A DNA stretch of 64,000 nucleotides from a phage: the sequence record PV467749.1. One strand, given 5' to 3'. A program made the position numbers and the translations under genes. Positions 9,594-19,537 of the stretch are shown one piece after another. Position 1 is the stretch's first letter, and each line of letters starts with the position of its first letter. The notes below the pieces were generated by a model. The model worked only from the letters and a program-made list of their open reading frames with translations, was not told where the DNA came from and ran no database searches.

Positions 9594-10559
9594 TTAAAAA
9601 TCTTCGAACTCATAACCTTTTGTCTTAACCATCTTACGCAGTCGTTCCATTGCTTCAGAGTACTTACGGTGCAATGAAGAACGAGCAGTCATGACCTTAC
9701 CCTTCTCATCTTCAAAACCACTCTCAATGATTTCTCGTAGCGTTTCTGGTTCAGAATAAGAACCAATACCATGTACACGTTCAATCAATTCACGGTCTTT
9801 GGCAGATAGGTTACTCATCATTTCTGCAATACTTTGTACCAGTGGGGTACTGACAGTTTCTACGCCTAAGTTGTAATCAGGTTCAACTGAAGTAACAATG
9901 TCAGATAATGTACTTTCTGAATCATTACTCATTTTCATATTCAATGCTACATAAGTGTTATTGTAAGTTAGACAATTCTTAACGTGTTGAATCTCAATAC
10001 CAGTCTCTTTTGACACCATCTCAGGAGTTGGGTATTTACCATGTTTCCTTTGATACTCTTCTACACAACGTTTCACATAAATGTTATTAACACTCATATA
10101 ACGTGGGAAATGCACTAGATAATTAGCATCCGCACTTTCGTTATAGATTGTCATGTACACAGTTGTTGTTGCATATGTAATGAACTTAACATTTTTGGTA
10201 GTGTCGAACGTATGAATTGCTCGCATTAAACCTTCAACACCATAAGAAATCTTATCTTCAAATGGGATAAAACATGTACACTTACGTGCAACACTTACTA
10301 CCATTGGATAGTTGTAGCGAACCAAAAGGTCAATGTTCTTTTCAACGTCAATACCATCACGCACTGCTTGGATGAGCATTTCATTCGTTATCCCTTTAGG
10401 GCGAGTTAAGCTGATACCTGTTTTTGGTTTCTCAAACTTGTGACCGTCATGTTCTTCTTCTTCGACGGAATCAAGAGCCTCTAATACGTTGACTTCTTCA
10501 CTAGCAAAACACTCATCCAGTACTTCTTCAGAAATTGCATTTAAATCAAGCTTTTTCAC
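9594..10559 (-). CDS. RNA polymerase sigma factor, sigma-70 family
   Basis: Region 2-like PMVVSVARK...EDKISYGVEGLMRAIHTFD...KFITYATTTVYMTI and region 4-like LSAKDRELIERVHGI...ETLREI...RKYSEAMERLRK. Confidence 0.65.
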   Translation of the reverse strand: MKKLDLNAISEEVLDECFASEEVNVLEALDSVEEEEHDGHKFEKPKTGISLTRPKGITNEMLIQAVRDGIDVEKNIDLLVRYNYPMVVSVARKCTCFIPFEDKISYGVEGLMRAIHTFDTTKNVKFITYATTTVYMTIYNESADANYLVHFPRYMSVNNIYVKRCVEEYQRKHGKYPTPEMVSKETGIEIQHVKNCLTYNNTYVALNMKMSNDSESTLSDIVTSVEPDYNLGVETVSTPLVQSIAEMMSNLSAKDRELIERVHGIGSYSEPETLREIIESGFEDEKGKVMTARSSLHRKYSEAMERLRKMVKTKGYEFEDF

Positions 10560-10581
10560 TTACTTCTCCTAATGAATGAAA

Positions 10582-11079
10582 TCAAAAACGGTATACATTA
10601 ATATTATCATCGGTATAGATATCATGGTTATGAACATCCATGAAGGTATCAAATACCTTATCAAGAAGAGTATTATACTCTTCATGTACTGCTGCATCAA
10701 GCATGTATTCACCACCACTACCCATAAAGAATGTATAATCATTATGGAGATAATCAATCTTCTTGGTAAACTTACCCTTATTAACGATTAAGTGAATGAT
10801 GTAATCTTTTGACACAAGAACACAGTGACAACTCGCCTTGCGGTCTGGTATCACAGTCTCTTGTGAAATCAAGTATCTCAGTACTTTGTTAATTTCACTA
10901 ACTTCACCGCAAGCACTAAACAGTCGGTCGTGTACATACAATGTTTTTTGTGAAACTACACCATAACTAAGTTTTGGTTTCAACGGGAATAGGTTCAAAA
11001 ATGAACGTTGCTCAGTTGATGTCACTTTTGAATCAGTAAGTAATACTCCCAAGCGTTTATCAATATAAACAGTCGTCAT
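10582..11079 (-). CDS. putative Ntn-hydrolase peptidase (HslV/proteasome-beta-like)
   Basis: N-terminal MTTVYID (Thr after Met) and GSGGEYMLDAAV resembling HslV GSGGxYAxAAA. Confidence 0.4.
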   Translation of the reverse strand: MTTVYIDKRLGVLLTDSKVTSTEQRSFLNLFPLKPKLSYGVVSQKTLYVHDRLFSACGEVSEINKVLRYLISQETVIPDRKASCHCVLVSKDYIIHLIVNKGKFTKKIDYLHNDYTFFMGSGGEYMLDAAVHEEYNTLLDKVFDTFMDVHNHDIYTDDNINVYRF

Positions 11080-11080
11080 A

Positions 11081-11500
11081 TTAAACCTTATCTAAAAATT
11101 TATCATAGATATAAAATTCTTTATCGTTGAATACATTAATTCTAGTATCGAAGCGTTGTAGTGTATTCATGTATAATGTTCTTTTTAAATAAAAATACAA
11201 TGCAACAAATTCAGATATATGCATATTCTTTTTATTATTACATAAATTCTTTAGCATTTCAATGCTATCAAAATCATCTTTATCATACCTATACTGGTAA
11301 AAATTATATCTATTGAACTGACACTCATAGATACGAAGTGCCATTATGTCAATACATGCTTTAGATTTACAGTACTTATTCAATACGTCATAATCACCCA
11401 CACATAATGCTACGAAGATTTTATGTGCAAGTGTTGCTTTGCCTTCAATCGTATAATAGCCAAAAAATTTAATGATTAAGTAATGTATAAATCTAAGCAT
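11081..11500 (-). CDS. hypothetical protein
   Basis: 139-aa ORF. Confidence 0.45.
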   Translation of the reverse strand: MLRFIHYLIIKFFGYYTIEGKATLAHKIFVALCVGDYDVLNKYCKSKACIDIMALRIYECQFNRYNFYQYRYDKDDFDSIEMLKNLCNNKKNMHISEFVALYFYLKRTLYMNTLQRFDTRINVFNDKEFYIYDKFLDKV

Positions 11501-11505
11501 TGGAT

Positions 11506-11766
11506 TTAGAATTTCTCCGAAATTACAAGTGTATCATCATAGTCATCAGCAACGGAGTTCAGTACTTCCAAATTACTTTCACCAGAAATACTTTGTACTT
11601 CGTTCAAAAGATAGTTTAGATCAACTTTAGTTACTTTTTCTGAATCAAACACACAGAAAGTCAATTCAGCGTTTGGACAGATCTTCTTCAGATTATCAGC
11701 AACAACTTGTTTGAAGTTAAAAGATGGGGAAGCAACCAGGTTAACTGCAACGAGAATAGATTTCAT
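11506..11766 (-). CDS. hypothetical protein
   Basis: 86-aa ORF. Confidence 0.4.
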   Translation of the reverse strand: MKSILVAVNLVASPSFNFKQVVADNLKKICPNAELTFCVFDSEKVTKVDLNYLLNEVQSISGESNLEVLNSVADDYDDTLVISEKF

Positions 11767-11840
11767 AATGTTTTCCTTTTTAGCTGATAATTAAATTAGG
11801 AGCACATTGTACTCCATGTTATTGGTTAAGTCAAATACTT

Positions 11841-12092
11841 TTAGATACCGAGTACTGAATTCAATTCTTTACGCTTGTTATATGAATCAGATTCAAACTT
11901 ACTTTTCTTATTGAAAAGGGATTCGATATCCTTATAGATAGCTTCGATGGATTTAGTTACAACCCATTCGGATTCCTGAAGCATAGCTTGAAGACGTGCG
12001 TACTCAACTTTGATAGTACTGCGAAGTTCTTCACAAGCTTCTTCGTTCTTAATTAGTGCTTCACTAAGTTCTTTGACCTTATCGATGTTCAT
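11841..12092 (-). CDS. hypothetical protein
   Basis: 83-aa ORF, coiled-coil-like. Confidence 0.4.
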   Translation of the reverse strand: MNIDKVKELSEALIKNEEACEELRSTIKVEYARLQAMLQESEWVVTKSIEAIYKDIESLFNKKSKFESDSYNKRKELNSVLGI

Positions 12093-12151
12093 AAGTTCCT
12101 TACCATTTCCCAGTTTTGATGTAATAATTATATATGACTCAATAACTCACG

Positions 12152-12577
12152 TCAACTGTTTTCCGTACCTTTCTCTGCCATTTTGGTGATGTGCCATTTG
12201 AGTACTGATTTGTGTACCATAAAAAATGTGAATGCAAAGACTGTAATGGCTGCTGAAGTAACACTATTAGATAAAGACCCAAGTTGGATGTTAGTACCTA
12301 AAATAACAATAAATGGATACAACACAATCAATCTACTGTAAGGTTCGTCTCCAGTATCACGGATAAATCCCAGCCTTTCATGATCAGTATCCATAGTGAC
12401 AATTGGACAGAACATAAGTGCAGACATAACAGCAATACCAATTTGTGCTACATTGGCAATTGTAAACCACAAAGGATTTAAACCATATGAAATGTTGTTT
12501 TCAGTACAGTAATATCCAAATGTATTGATTGCACAAACTAAAAATACAAAAATACAAATCTTATTGTATCCCCTCAT
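12152..12577 (-). CDS. integral membrane protein
   Basis: 141 aa, multiple hydrophobic helices. Confidence 0.5.
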   Translation of the reverse strand: MRGYNKICIFVFLVCAINTFGYYCTENNISYGLNPLWFTIANVAQIGIAVMSALMFCPIVTMDTDHERLGFIRDTGDEPYSRLIVLYPFIVILGTNIQLGSLSNSVTSAAITVFAFTFFMVHKSVLKWHITKMAEKGTENS

Positions 12578-13011
12578 TTGTTTAGCTCCGTTAATTTTCG
12601 TTTAACTTCAAGATCATAATACTCATCAGCATATGAGTTTTGAACAGTTCTTGTATATTCCAACATAACAAACATAGAACCACACACCCACAGATAAGTA
12701 TAGTAATCAAATACAAAAGCATAGATAATACATGGTATTAAAATAAATGTAAACACAAAACTATATCTCTTAGTACCGAATACTTTAACAAAAAGCTGAC
12801 GGCGGCAATCACGTGCAAATGTATGAATACATATAGAAAATATAATCAATGAATACCATGAAATGCCCTGGATTACACCTGAAACATTTACAAGTTTATG
12901 TCCGTCTGGAAACCCCAGTGCATTAAGCACTGGAGCCATCACCCAACCAATAATAGCAATAAGAAATAGATACTTTGCATTGCTAAGTGTGAACATTATT
13001 TCAGTCCCCAT
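12574..13011 (-). CDS. integral membrane protein
   Basis: 145 aa, multiple hydrophobic helices. Confidence 0.5.
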   Translation of the reverse strand: MGTEIMFTLSNAKYLFLIAIIGWVMAPVLNALGFPDGHKLVNVSGVIQGISWYSLIIFSICIHTFARDCRRQLFVKVFGTKRYSFVFTFILIPCIIYAFVFDYYTYLWVCGSMFVMLEYTRTVQNSYADEYYDLEVKRKLTELNK

Positions 13012-13454
13012 GCCTTTTTAATAGCATCCACTGCGTTCTGGTCTACGACTTCCTGTTTAGTAGCACTGGTTTGTAGTTTATCAATTACATAGTTCTTAGC
13101 ATCTTTTTCAATCATAAACTTACCATCAACTAAACACCCAAATACTTTAGAGTTACGTGCTGGGTATGTCCCGATTTCATCAAGAGTACGAACTTTCTTA
13201 TCAACTACAATTGCTTTGATGTAACCAGTTTCCAGTACTGTAGTGATGACAGTCATTTCGATTGCAATTGGTGACTCTTCCCAGAATGCAATCCACTTGG
13301 TGAAGCTGCGGTCCGGTGAATCTTTTGTTGGCTTCAGTTTAATTGCACTGTTGAAAATGTACTGCTTGAATCCATCTTCAACCACTTCACTGATACTTAG
13401 GTAACCTTCGCGTTCTTCTGCGTTGCGTTTGAATTGAGTAGCTAATACGTCCAT
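12996..13454 (-). CDS. hypothetical protein
   Basis: 152-aa ORF. Confidence 0.5.
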   Translation of the reverse strand: MDVLATQFKRNAEEREGYLSISEVVEDGFKQYIFNSAIKLKPTKDSPDRSFTKWIAFWEESPIAIEMTVITTVLETGYIKAIVVDKKVRTLDEIGTYPARNSKVFGCLVDGKFMIEKDAKNYVIDKLQTSATKQEVVDQNAVDAIKKAWGLK

Positions 13455-13507
13455 CGTTAATTCCTCTTGTCAGTTATTGCGGTACGAAGCTATTATACTG
13501 CCATTTA

Positions 13508-13951
13508 CTATTTGGAGTCAACACATTTCAACAAGTATTTTTCTATGTATCTTATATGTGATGGTGGTAACAGTAAGTTTTCGTATCTAACCCTGTACAC
13601 ACTACAATCGCCTAGATGAAAGTGACTGGTAGGATACAAGTCAGTTCTAATACTAACACGTTTACGATTATCAGTAAAGTTAATTAATGATTTTGGATTG
13701 TTATTAGCATGAGTTCTTACAAAGTATTCAATTTCATTGAGTGCTTTTTCGTCGTATACATACTTGTCAAACACACCTAGTGTAAAGTACCTTGGATGGT
13801 ACATATATGAGAATAACAATGCAGGAATATACTTCTTTATCCCTTCGTGTTTTGCAATAGCTGAAGCATATGCAAAATGTGATGCATCAGAGAAGATGTT
13901 AAGAAAAATGAAATATGACACTAATAAACCTAGAATCAGCAAAAGTGTCAT
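13508..13951 (-). CDS. membrane-anchored protein
   Basis: 147 aa, N-terminal TM helix. Confidence 0.5.
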   Translation of the reverse strand: MTLLLILGLLVSYFIFLNIFSDASHFAYASAIAKHEGIKKYIPALLFSYMYHPRYFTLGVFDKYVYDEKALNEIEYFVRTHANNNPKSLINFTDNRKRVSIRTDLYPTSHFHLGDCSVYRVRYENLLLPPSHIRYIEKYLLKCVDSK

Positions 13952-14412
13952 TCAAAACCTCTGTATTTTTCATATACTTCAACACATTCCATGATCTTGT
14001 CATCATCGGTCATGTCATAACCCTGAAGAAATTCTTCTTTATCAACCTTAGCAGCCATCATGTCATCATCCGAGATCCTCGAATCATAGAATGTGTACAT
14101 ATCTTTATAGTACTGCTTGTTGTGCTGTTCATCCTTAACCTTAGCATACCCAGCACAAAACGATGGCGATTTGACTACATTCCATTTATGCTTTTTGATA
14201 GGCTTATCATTAGCATGTTTTTCACGGTATTGCTGGCGGTAACGTTCACGCATCTCAGGCATGTATTCTTCAGCAGTACGTTTTGGTTGGGCTTTCCCTG
14301 TTCCAATCGTCTTGATTGTTTGACGCTGGTCTTCCGCATGTACTGGTGCAACAAAGCAGGAAGTACTGAATACAACAGCAGTGATTACTAGAAAGTGTTT
14401 AAACATAATCAA
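13948..14412 (-). CDS. secreted protein
   Basis: 154 aa, signal peptide MFKHFLVITAVVFSTSCFVAPVHA. Confidence 0.5.
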   Translation of the reverse strand: MIMFKHFLVITAVVFSTSCFVAPVHAEDQRQTIKTIGTGKAQPKRTAEEYMPEMRERYRQQYREKHANDKPIKKHKWNVVKSPSFCAGYAKVKDEQHNKQYYKDMYTFYDSRISDDDMMAAKVDKEEFLQGYDMTDDDKIMECVEVYEKYRGFE

Positions 14413-14636
14413 ACCTCTTTTACAATAATGTCGATTTGCACAGGAATAGCAATCTCACTGTTGCATGAATAAACATCTGCACAGTACTCAATATCTAGTA
14501 CTTCATAGTATTTTTCAAAGCCACAGATTGTAAGATTCAACGTAGCACCAATAGCTGGCAATACGGGAAAGGATAAAAATGCAATTTTAGAATTAAATTC
14601 TTCATTAATATCTTGATATACAGTGGCAGTAATCAT
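14409..14636 (-). CDS. hypothetical protein
   Basis: 75-aa ORF. Confidence 0.4.
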   Translation of the reverse strand: MITATVYQDINEEFNSKIAFLSFPVLPAIGATLNLTICGFEKYYEVLDIEYCADVYSCNSEIAIPVQIDIIVKEV

Positions 14637-15217
14637 AATGGTAACTCCTGAAGTGGTTTAATAATACTCAGTACTGGGTGATTTTCAATCATTGGTCGCC
14701 CTGGTACACCTGTTAGCACAACTGGAATCGAACTAATGTCTTTTACATAGTTGAATCCCTCAAATGTGAATTCTTGCTTTTTCTCATTATACAATACCCA
14801 CAGAATAACGTCAGCTTTTTTCTGTATATTTTTTAACTGTCGAGTACTAACACATGGACCAAAGTCTGTCCACGATTTGTACTTGATGCCTTTCACTTCA
14901 ATTCTTAAGTTGTTTACTTTGATATCACATTCACCATCACGACCATCACTTTGGAACGCTGGATCGATGTTAAGTGCAATACCTGAATAGTTTTCAATTT
15001 CATTAAAAAGTACAAATGAAGCATGTTCACATACCATACCAACAAAATGACTGTGAGCGTGATTAAACCCATACGGCGATTTACTTGCAGGTGCAAGAAT
15101 TTTATATCGTTCGGATTTCTCAATTGCTTTAGCCATAAAAGAATCAGCTTCATCTTTGTATAGCTTAACAGTCATTTTACCATTTTTCAGTACTAAACGT
15201 TTTTCTACAACACTCAT
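14633..15217 (-). CDS. hypothetical protein
   Basis: 194-aa ORF; D...E-x-K pattern (DGECDIKV) might indicate PD-(D/E)xK nuclease fold, unverified. Confidence 0.5.
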   Translation of the reverse strand: MSVVEKRLVLKNGKMTVKLYKDEADSFMAKAIEKSERYKILAPASKSPYGFNHAHSHFVGMVCEHASFVLFNEIENYSGIALNIDPAFQSDGRDGECDIKVNNLRIEVKGIKYKSWTDFGPCVSTRQLKNIQKKADVILWVLYNEKKQEFTFEGFNYVKDISSIPVVLTGVPGRPMIENHPVLSIIKPLQELPL

Positions 15218-15333
15218 AAAATCCCCTTATTGATATTCCATTTAAGTATACGTCAAAAACACAACTCAGTCAAGGTGCTTTTTTACCTATCTAGAATAAA
15301 TACGTTATAATAATTATACCAATGGAGGGATGA

Positions 15334-16491
15334 ATGTCAAGATCGATTGCTGCTGCTGGACAATATAAGTTCGGTGAATGTGGATATGTAGTCGATGGTG
15401 CAATTCTCAACGATGGGACTAAACTCAAAAATGTTCGAATCTATCGTCAGAGAAGCCATAGATTATATGATTTACTTGATCCTGTAAGTAATGTAATTTA
15501 TCGTAAAGTACAAATTACAACAAAGGATATACAAGGATATCAATTAAACTACAACAAAACTAATGACCAAATCCTAAGTGAAATAAGAAAGAACTCTTTT
15601 TTCGTAAGAGGATACTCAGATGCTAAACTTGAATCAGATCCTACTGGGTTTGTTTATAAGTTTCTTTTGCACAAAACAATTCTAGGTAGTTCACAAACAC
15701 TATATAATATGTACACCCCTGAATGCGGGATTATAGATAGAGATATAGACAACATCCTTATGTTCCCAACGTTCGTAGGTGATGATTTGGTAGGTGGTCG
15801 CCTATTCAACGCAGGTTCAGCCATTGATACAACTGGAATGCGTATTACCGTTATACTTCCTGACGGAACCGAGTACTTCACAACTGAAATAATTGATGAT
15901 GTTTTTAGTATTCCAGTTGATCCAATTACTCAATCCGGTAAAGGAGCCATCATACTCACATCTGACATATATAATACCAAAACTATTGAATTTGATATAC
16001 TAGAAAGCGGCGAAGATATTGACTTCGTTACTTCAGTACTTCTATCTCAGTTTGAGTACACGTCCGATGGTATGTACATGGCAACTGTACCAGCTACTGT
16101 GCATGAGCGTGGTGAGTATCTTGCTCTACAAGCATACAGTGGTGATTTATTCCAAATTGGAGTAGACCTCATTGTAGATCCTAGCGGTAATATTACTGTG
16201 TACCAAACTGATGATGCTCCAATCTCATTGAGTATTATTGGTAAAACCTTACACACCACTCCATATCACAACACGTATACTGATAGTGATTGGGTAGATG
16301 ATGGTGATTCTATGTACACACTGTCCATTCCTGCCAGTGAACATGGTAAAATCCTCCCACAAGTTCAAGTCTATGCTGAAGACAATCACGTTGTACTAAG
16401 TGAAGTTGAACTCGATGCAGATGATAATGTTGTATTAAAAGTTGTTGAACCATTTGGCTGTACTGTAGTCATTGTTGGTTATAACGCATAA
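15334..16491 (+). CDS. hypothetical protein (only substantial plus-strand gene)
   Basis: 385-aa ORF with RBS GGAGGG upstream, followed by bidirectional terminator. Confidence 0.6.
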   Translation: MSRSIAAAGQYKFGECGYVVDGAILNDGTKLKNVRIYRQRSHRLYDLLDPVSNVIYRKVQITTKDIQGYQLNYNKTNDQILSEIRKNSFFVRGYSDAKLESDPTGFVYKFLLHKTILGSSQTLYNMYTPECGIIDRDIDNILMFPTFVGDDLVGGRLFNAGSAIDTTGMRITVILPDGTEYFTTEIIDDVFSIPVDPITQSGKGAIILTSDIYNTKTIEFDILESGEDIDFVTSVLLSQFEYTSDGMYMATVPATVHERGEYLALQAYSGDLFQIGVDLIVDPSGNITVYQTDDAPISLSIIGKTLHTTPYHNTYTDSDWVDDGDSMYTLSIPASEHGKILPQVQVYAEDNHVVLSEVELDADDNVVLKVVEPFGCTVVIVGYNA

Positions 16492-16492
16492 C

Positions 16493-16528
16493 AAAAAAGC
16501 CACTACATTGTAGTGGCTTTTCTTTTAT
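16493..16528. terminator. bidirectional rho-independent terminator
   Basis: Hairpin AGCCACTACA-TTG-TAGTGGCT flanked by A-run and T-run between convergent genes. Confidence 0.65.
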
Positions 16529-16535
16529 CTATATC

Positions 16536-17351
16536 TTATTTGAAGTTTTTACGTAGAACTTCTTCCAGTGTTTGTTCTGGATTAGCAATTGCAACAGTGT
16601 AAATCAAATCTTTGAATGCCTGTACTGCTTGCTCAGTTGCTTCTTTGCCGAAGTTTGCTGAAATACTGCTAAACATATTTTCAGCACGTTCAGAACTAAT
16701 TAGTTCATTAACAAAGGTATCAATCTCTTTTTTGAGTTGACCAGTGGTCATGTCACCAATTAGCATTTCATCAACTTCTGGCTTTTCATCAGTACTAACA
16801 CGTACATTTGTAAAACCAAATACATCATCCAGTGAACCAAAACTATGTTTAACTTTAGTAACAATAGATGGCTTGGTGCGTTCTACTGGTTCTTCTTGTT
16901 TCTCTTCAGAATCAGTACTTGATTCATATGGCTTGGTGAACATATGAGTGAGAACGTCATCAATGTTTTTAATCATACCTTCAACACGTTCTTCAGTTTT
17001 CTTAGTAACTTCTTTGAATGCTTGCTCAAGTAGACGATCTTGAACTGTAGTGCGTACATCACCAACAACACCACGTAATTTTTCATTACACTGGTCTAGA
17101 ATTGATAATAGTTCACCACTTTTAATTTTGTCAACCAATAAATCAAGGTCAGATTTAACTTCAGGTTTCTTCTCAATACCATTTAGTAAGCTGTTAAGCT
17201 CTTGAGCACCCTCAATCGCTTCTTGATGACTGGTAAATTGAACAGGCACATCAACACCATCTAGAACGATATTGAGTACTTTACCATCTACATAAGCGTA
17301 AGAGTAAGATTCTTTTTTGAAGGAAATGGTTTTGAAGAAAATGTTGCTCAT
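16536..17351 (-). CDS. hypothetical protein
   Basis: 271-aa ORF, acidic/coiled-coil rich. Confidence 0.5.
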   Translation of the reverse strand: MSNIFFKTISFKKESYSYAYVDGKVLNIVLDGVDVPVQFTSHQEAIEGAQELNSLLNGIEKKPEVKSDLDLLVDKIKSGELLSILDQCNEKLRGVVGDVRTTVQDRLLEQAFKEVTKKTEERVEGMIKNIDDVLTHMFTKPYESSTDSEEKQEEPVERTKPSIVTKVKHSFGSLDDVFGFTNVRVSTDEKPEVDEMLIGDMTTGQLKKEIDTFVNELISSERAENMFSSISANFGKEATEQAVQAFKDLIYTVAIANPEQTLEEVLRKNFK

Positions 17352-17362
17352 ATTGTTACTCC

Positions 17363-17704
17363 TTATTTCCCAGATGCTGGGTATGTTTTAAACATATAGT
17401 GACATTGTACTAAATCATTGAATTTCAATCCAAAATCTTTAGTACCCATCAGTGTGTGATAAAAATAATGTGAAATCTCATTGGTTTCTGCATCTTTAAT
17501 ATAGATACCGAACTCGGTACAGCAGAACTGAACGACTTCATTATAACCTACTAATTTCGAAACAACAAGTACTTGATCATAAGAATTTGCATCAAAACGA
17601 ATGATATACATATCTTCAGTTTCAGGATGCACAATCATACCACCACGTGAAATGATTTTGACAAAATTCTCGCTCAAGTACTGAATTGTTGAACTCATGT
17701 CCAT
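17363..17704 (-). CDS. hypothetical protein
   Basis: 113-aa ORF. Confidence 0.45.
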   Translation of the reverse strand: MDMSSTIQYLSENFVKIISRGGMIVHPETEDMYIIRFDANSYDQVLVVSKLVGYNEVVQFCCTEFGIYIKDAETNEISHYFYHTLMGTKDFGLKFNDLVQCHYMFKTYPASGK

Positions 17705-17914
17705 CTACGACTCCTTGCGTATAACACGTCCTGTTAAGTGCTCGTCTGCACAGAACTTCATTATAAATGCCTTAAGATAGAAGTTGTCTAAGATGCGATA
17801 TGCTTGCTTCTTCATAACAACTTCCTTCTTTTCTACATCTATAATTATATCATGTTCTTCATGAAGTTCCTGGATCATTTTGTAAGTTTGGAAATTTAGT
17901 ACGCTCATAACCAC
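17705..17914 (-). CDS. hypothetical protein
   Basis: 69-aa ORF. Confidence 0.4.
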   Translation of the reverse strand: MVMSVLNFQTYKMIQELHEEHDIIIDVEKKEVVMKKQAYRILDNFYLKAFIMKFCADEHLTGRVIRKES

Positions 17915-18224
17915 CTATATCCTCCATTTCCCATAAAATTCCAATCGCAACTGAAAGATCATAGTGAATTTGAAAATAGCCATTTGCAGCAGTGTGGATA
18001 TAACCATGCTTGGTTATTGCATAACCCCACTTCTTACTCACCGAATGCATCTCACGCTTCAATGCATATGGTGAGCGGGGTAGCTTCTCTGGCTCTGGCT
18101 CACGGTTTTCGTTGTAAATCTCTTGTTCGATTCTCAACGCTTTATGATATGAGTATACATGAATTAGACGACAAAGTACAATAGTAATGCAACAAATAAT
18201 TGTAAAATATATCAGATTAATCAT
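17859..18224 (-). CDS. membrane-anchored protein
   Basis: 121 aa, N-terminal TM helix. Confidence 0.4.
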   Translation of the reverse strand: MINLIYFTIICCITIVLCRLIHVYSYHKALRIEQEIYNENREPEPEKLPRSPYALKREMHSVSKKWGYAITKHGYIHTAANGYFQIHYDLSVAIGILWEMEDIGGYERTKFPNLQNDPGTS

Positions 18225-18640
18225 TTCAACCTCTGCATAGAAACGTACTCGTTGATTGCATCAACTAAATCATATCCAGACATCACCGTATCATTGATGG
18301 TCACATTGTACTTTTTACTAACTTGTGTACCATCTGTTTTACTGTATAGTGATCCATCTGGTTGAATTGCTAAAGTATTGTTTAGAATAAAATCAAACAT
18401 TTCTTCTTTTGATAGATTTACAGTACAGGTGTCAATATGATCAGTACTTACCAATTCACGAGTATGTTTAACACCGTACTCGGTGTGTTCACCTACACTA
18501 CGATGCAATACCTTTAACTGCTCCGCTGCTGTCTCTTCGTCATAGACATGAATAGTTTCAGTACTGTATAAAATATCTTGAATATTACCAGTACTTACTT
18601 CTGTCCACGTGTCTTTGAAATGTGTTTTGATTGTTTTCAT
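18221..18640 (-). CDS. hypothetical protein
   Basis: 139-aa ORF. Confidence 0.45.
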   Translation of the reverse strand: MKTIKTHFKDTWTEVSTGNIQDILYSTETIHVYDEETAAEQLKVLHRSVGEHTEYGVKHTRELVSTDHIDTCTVNLSKEEMFDFILNNTLAIQPDGSLYSKTDGTQVSKKYNVTINDTVMSGYDLVDAINEYVSMQRLK

Positions 18641-18651
18641 AGAAGCTCGTA

Positions 18652-19104
18652 TTAGTTATATGAAGTGAATAGATCGATACTTTCATCATCTACACTGATT
18701 AATTTACCAGTTGAACTAACAAACACAATATTACCACCAGGGGTGAGTTGAACACGCTGATTTACTGAATATTGATCACTAAGGTTATAATTAGCCCATT
18801 CAACTACATAACGCTGTTCAACACCATTAGTATCATAAAGATAAACGTGTGTAACATCACGCATTTTTAAACGTTCTAGCAGTGTTGAGTTATCCATGAA
18901 ATCAGATGGTGTGTCACTACGTAATGCGATACCAAACTCACCAATACCAGTACTAATAGTTAGACCGTTGGAAAAACGACTACAAAGAGTTTTCTCGTCA
19001 GCAATATGCATCCATAAAACATTCTTTACATCAATCTCAATGAACTCACAATTTTCAAACACTAACCCTACTTTAGAAACCTTACCATTAAATTGCATCA
19101 TCAA
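18652..19104 (-). CDS. hypothetical protein (possible degenerate FQxS-family member)
   Basis: 150 aa ending DDESIDLFTSYN, partial family motif. Confidence 0.45.
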   Translation of the reverse strand: MMMQFNGKVSKVGLVFENCEFIEIDVKNVLWMHIADEKTLCSRFSNGLTISTGIGEFGIALRSDTPSDFMDNSTLLERLKMRDVTHVYLYDTNGVEQRYVVEWANYNLSDQYSVNQRVQLTPGGNIVFVSSTGKLISVDDESIDLFTSYN

Positions 19105-19537
19105 CTCCTATTTTTTTGTATTTTAAAATAAAATCTCTTGCTGCTTTCATAAGTTTAAATGGAATAGCTAATTCTTTGACAGTACTATCCATGAAATGTT
19201 CTTCTTCTGTATCATAGAATGTTGACGTGTAGTGTTCACAATCATCAATTCTATCCCAGATACTTGGCGTGTCAGCAATAACAGTGATTTGTTTATCAGT
19301 TTTGGTATGTGCCGCATGGACCGTAAATCCAATATCACCCGTTTCAACACGAATTACAAACGATTTATCAGATATATAGCTCAACCAGCAATCTTTACCG
19401 AAGTATACAGTACTGTGTTTCTTCTCAAATGTATTACTGTTTTCAAGTACATCAATGACAATATCAACCTCATTATCACTTAAAATTTTATTCATATCAT
19501 CTTCCTCGTAGGTTTCTGGCAATTTCAAAGATACCAT
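19088..19537 (-). CDS. FQxS-motif paralog family protein
   Basis: C-terminal TEEEHFMDSTVKE. Confidence 0.5.
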   Translation of the reverse strand: MVSLKLPETYEEDDMNKILSDNEVDIVIDVLENSNTFEKKHSTVYFGKDCWLSYISDKSFVIRVETGDIGFTVHAAHTKTDKQITVIADTPSIWDRIDDCEHYTSTFYDTEEEHFMDSTVKELAIPFKLMKAARDFILKYKKIGVDDAI

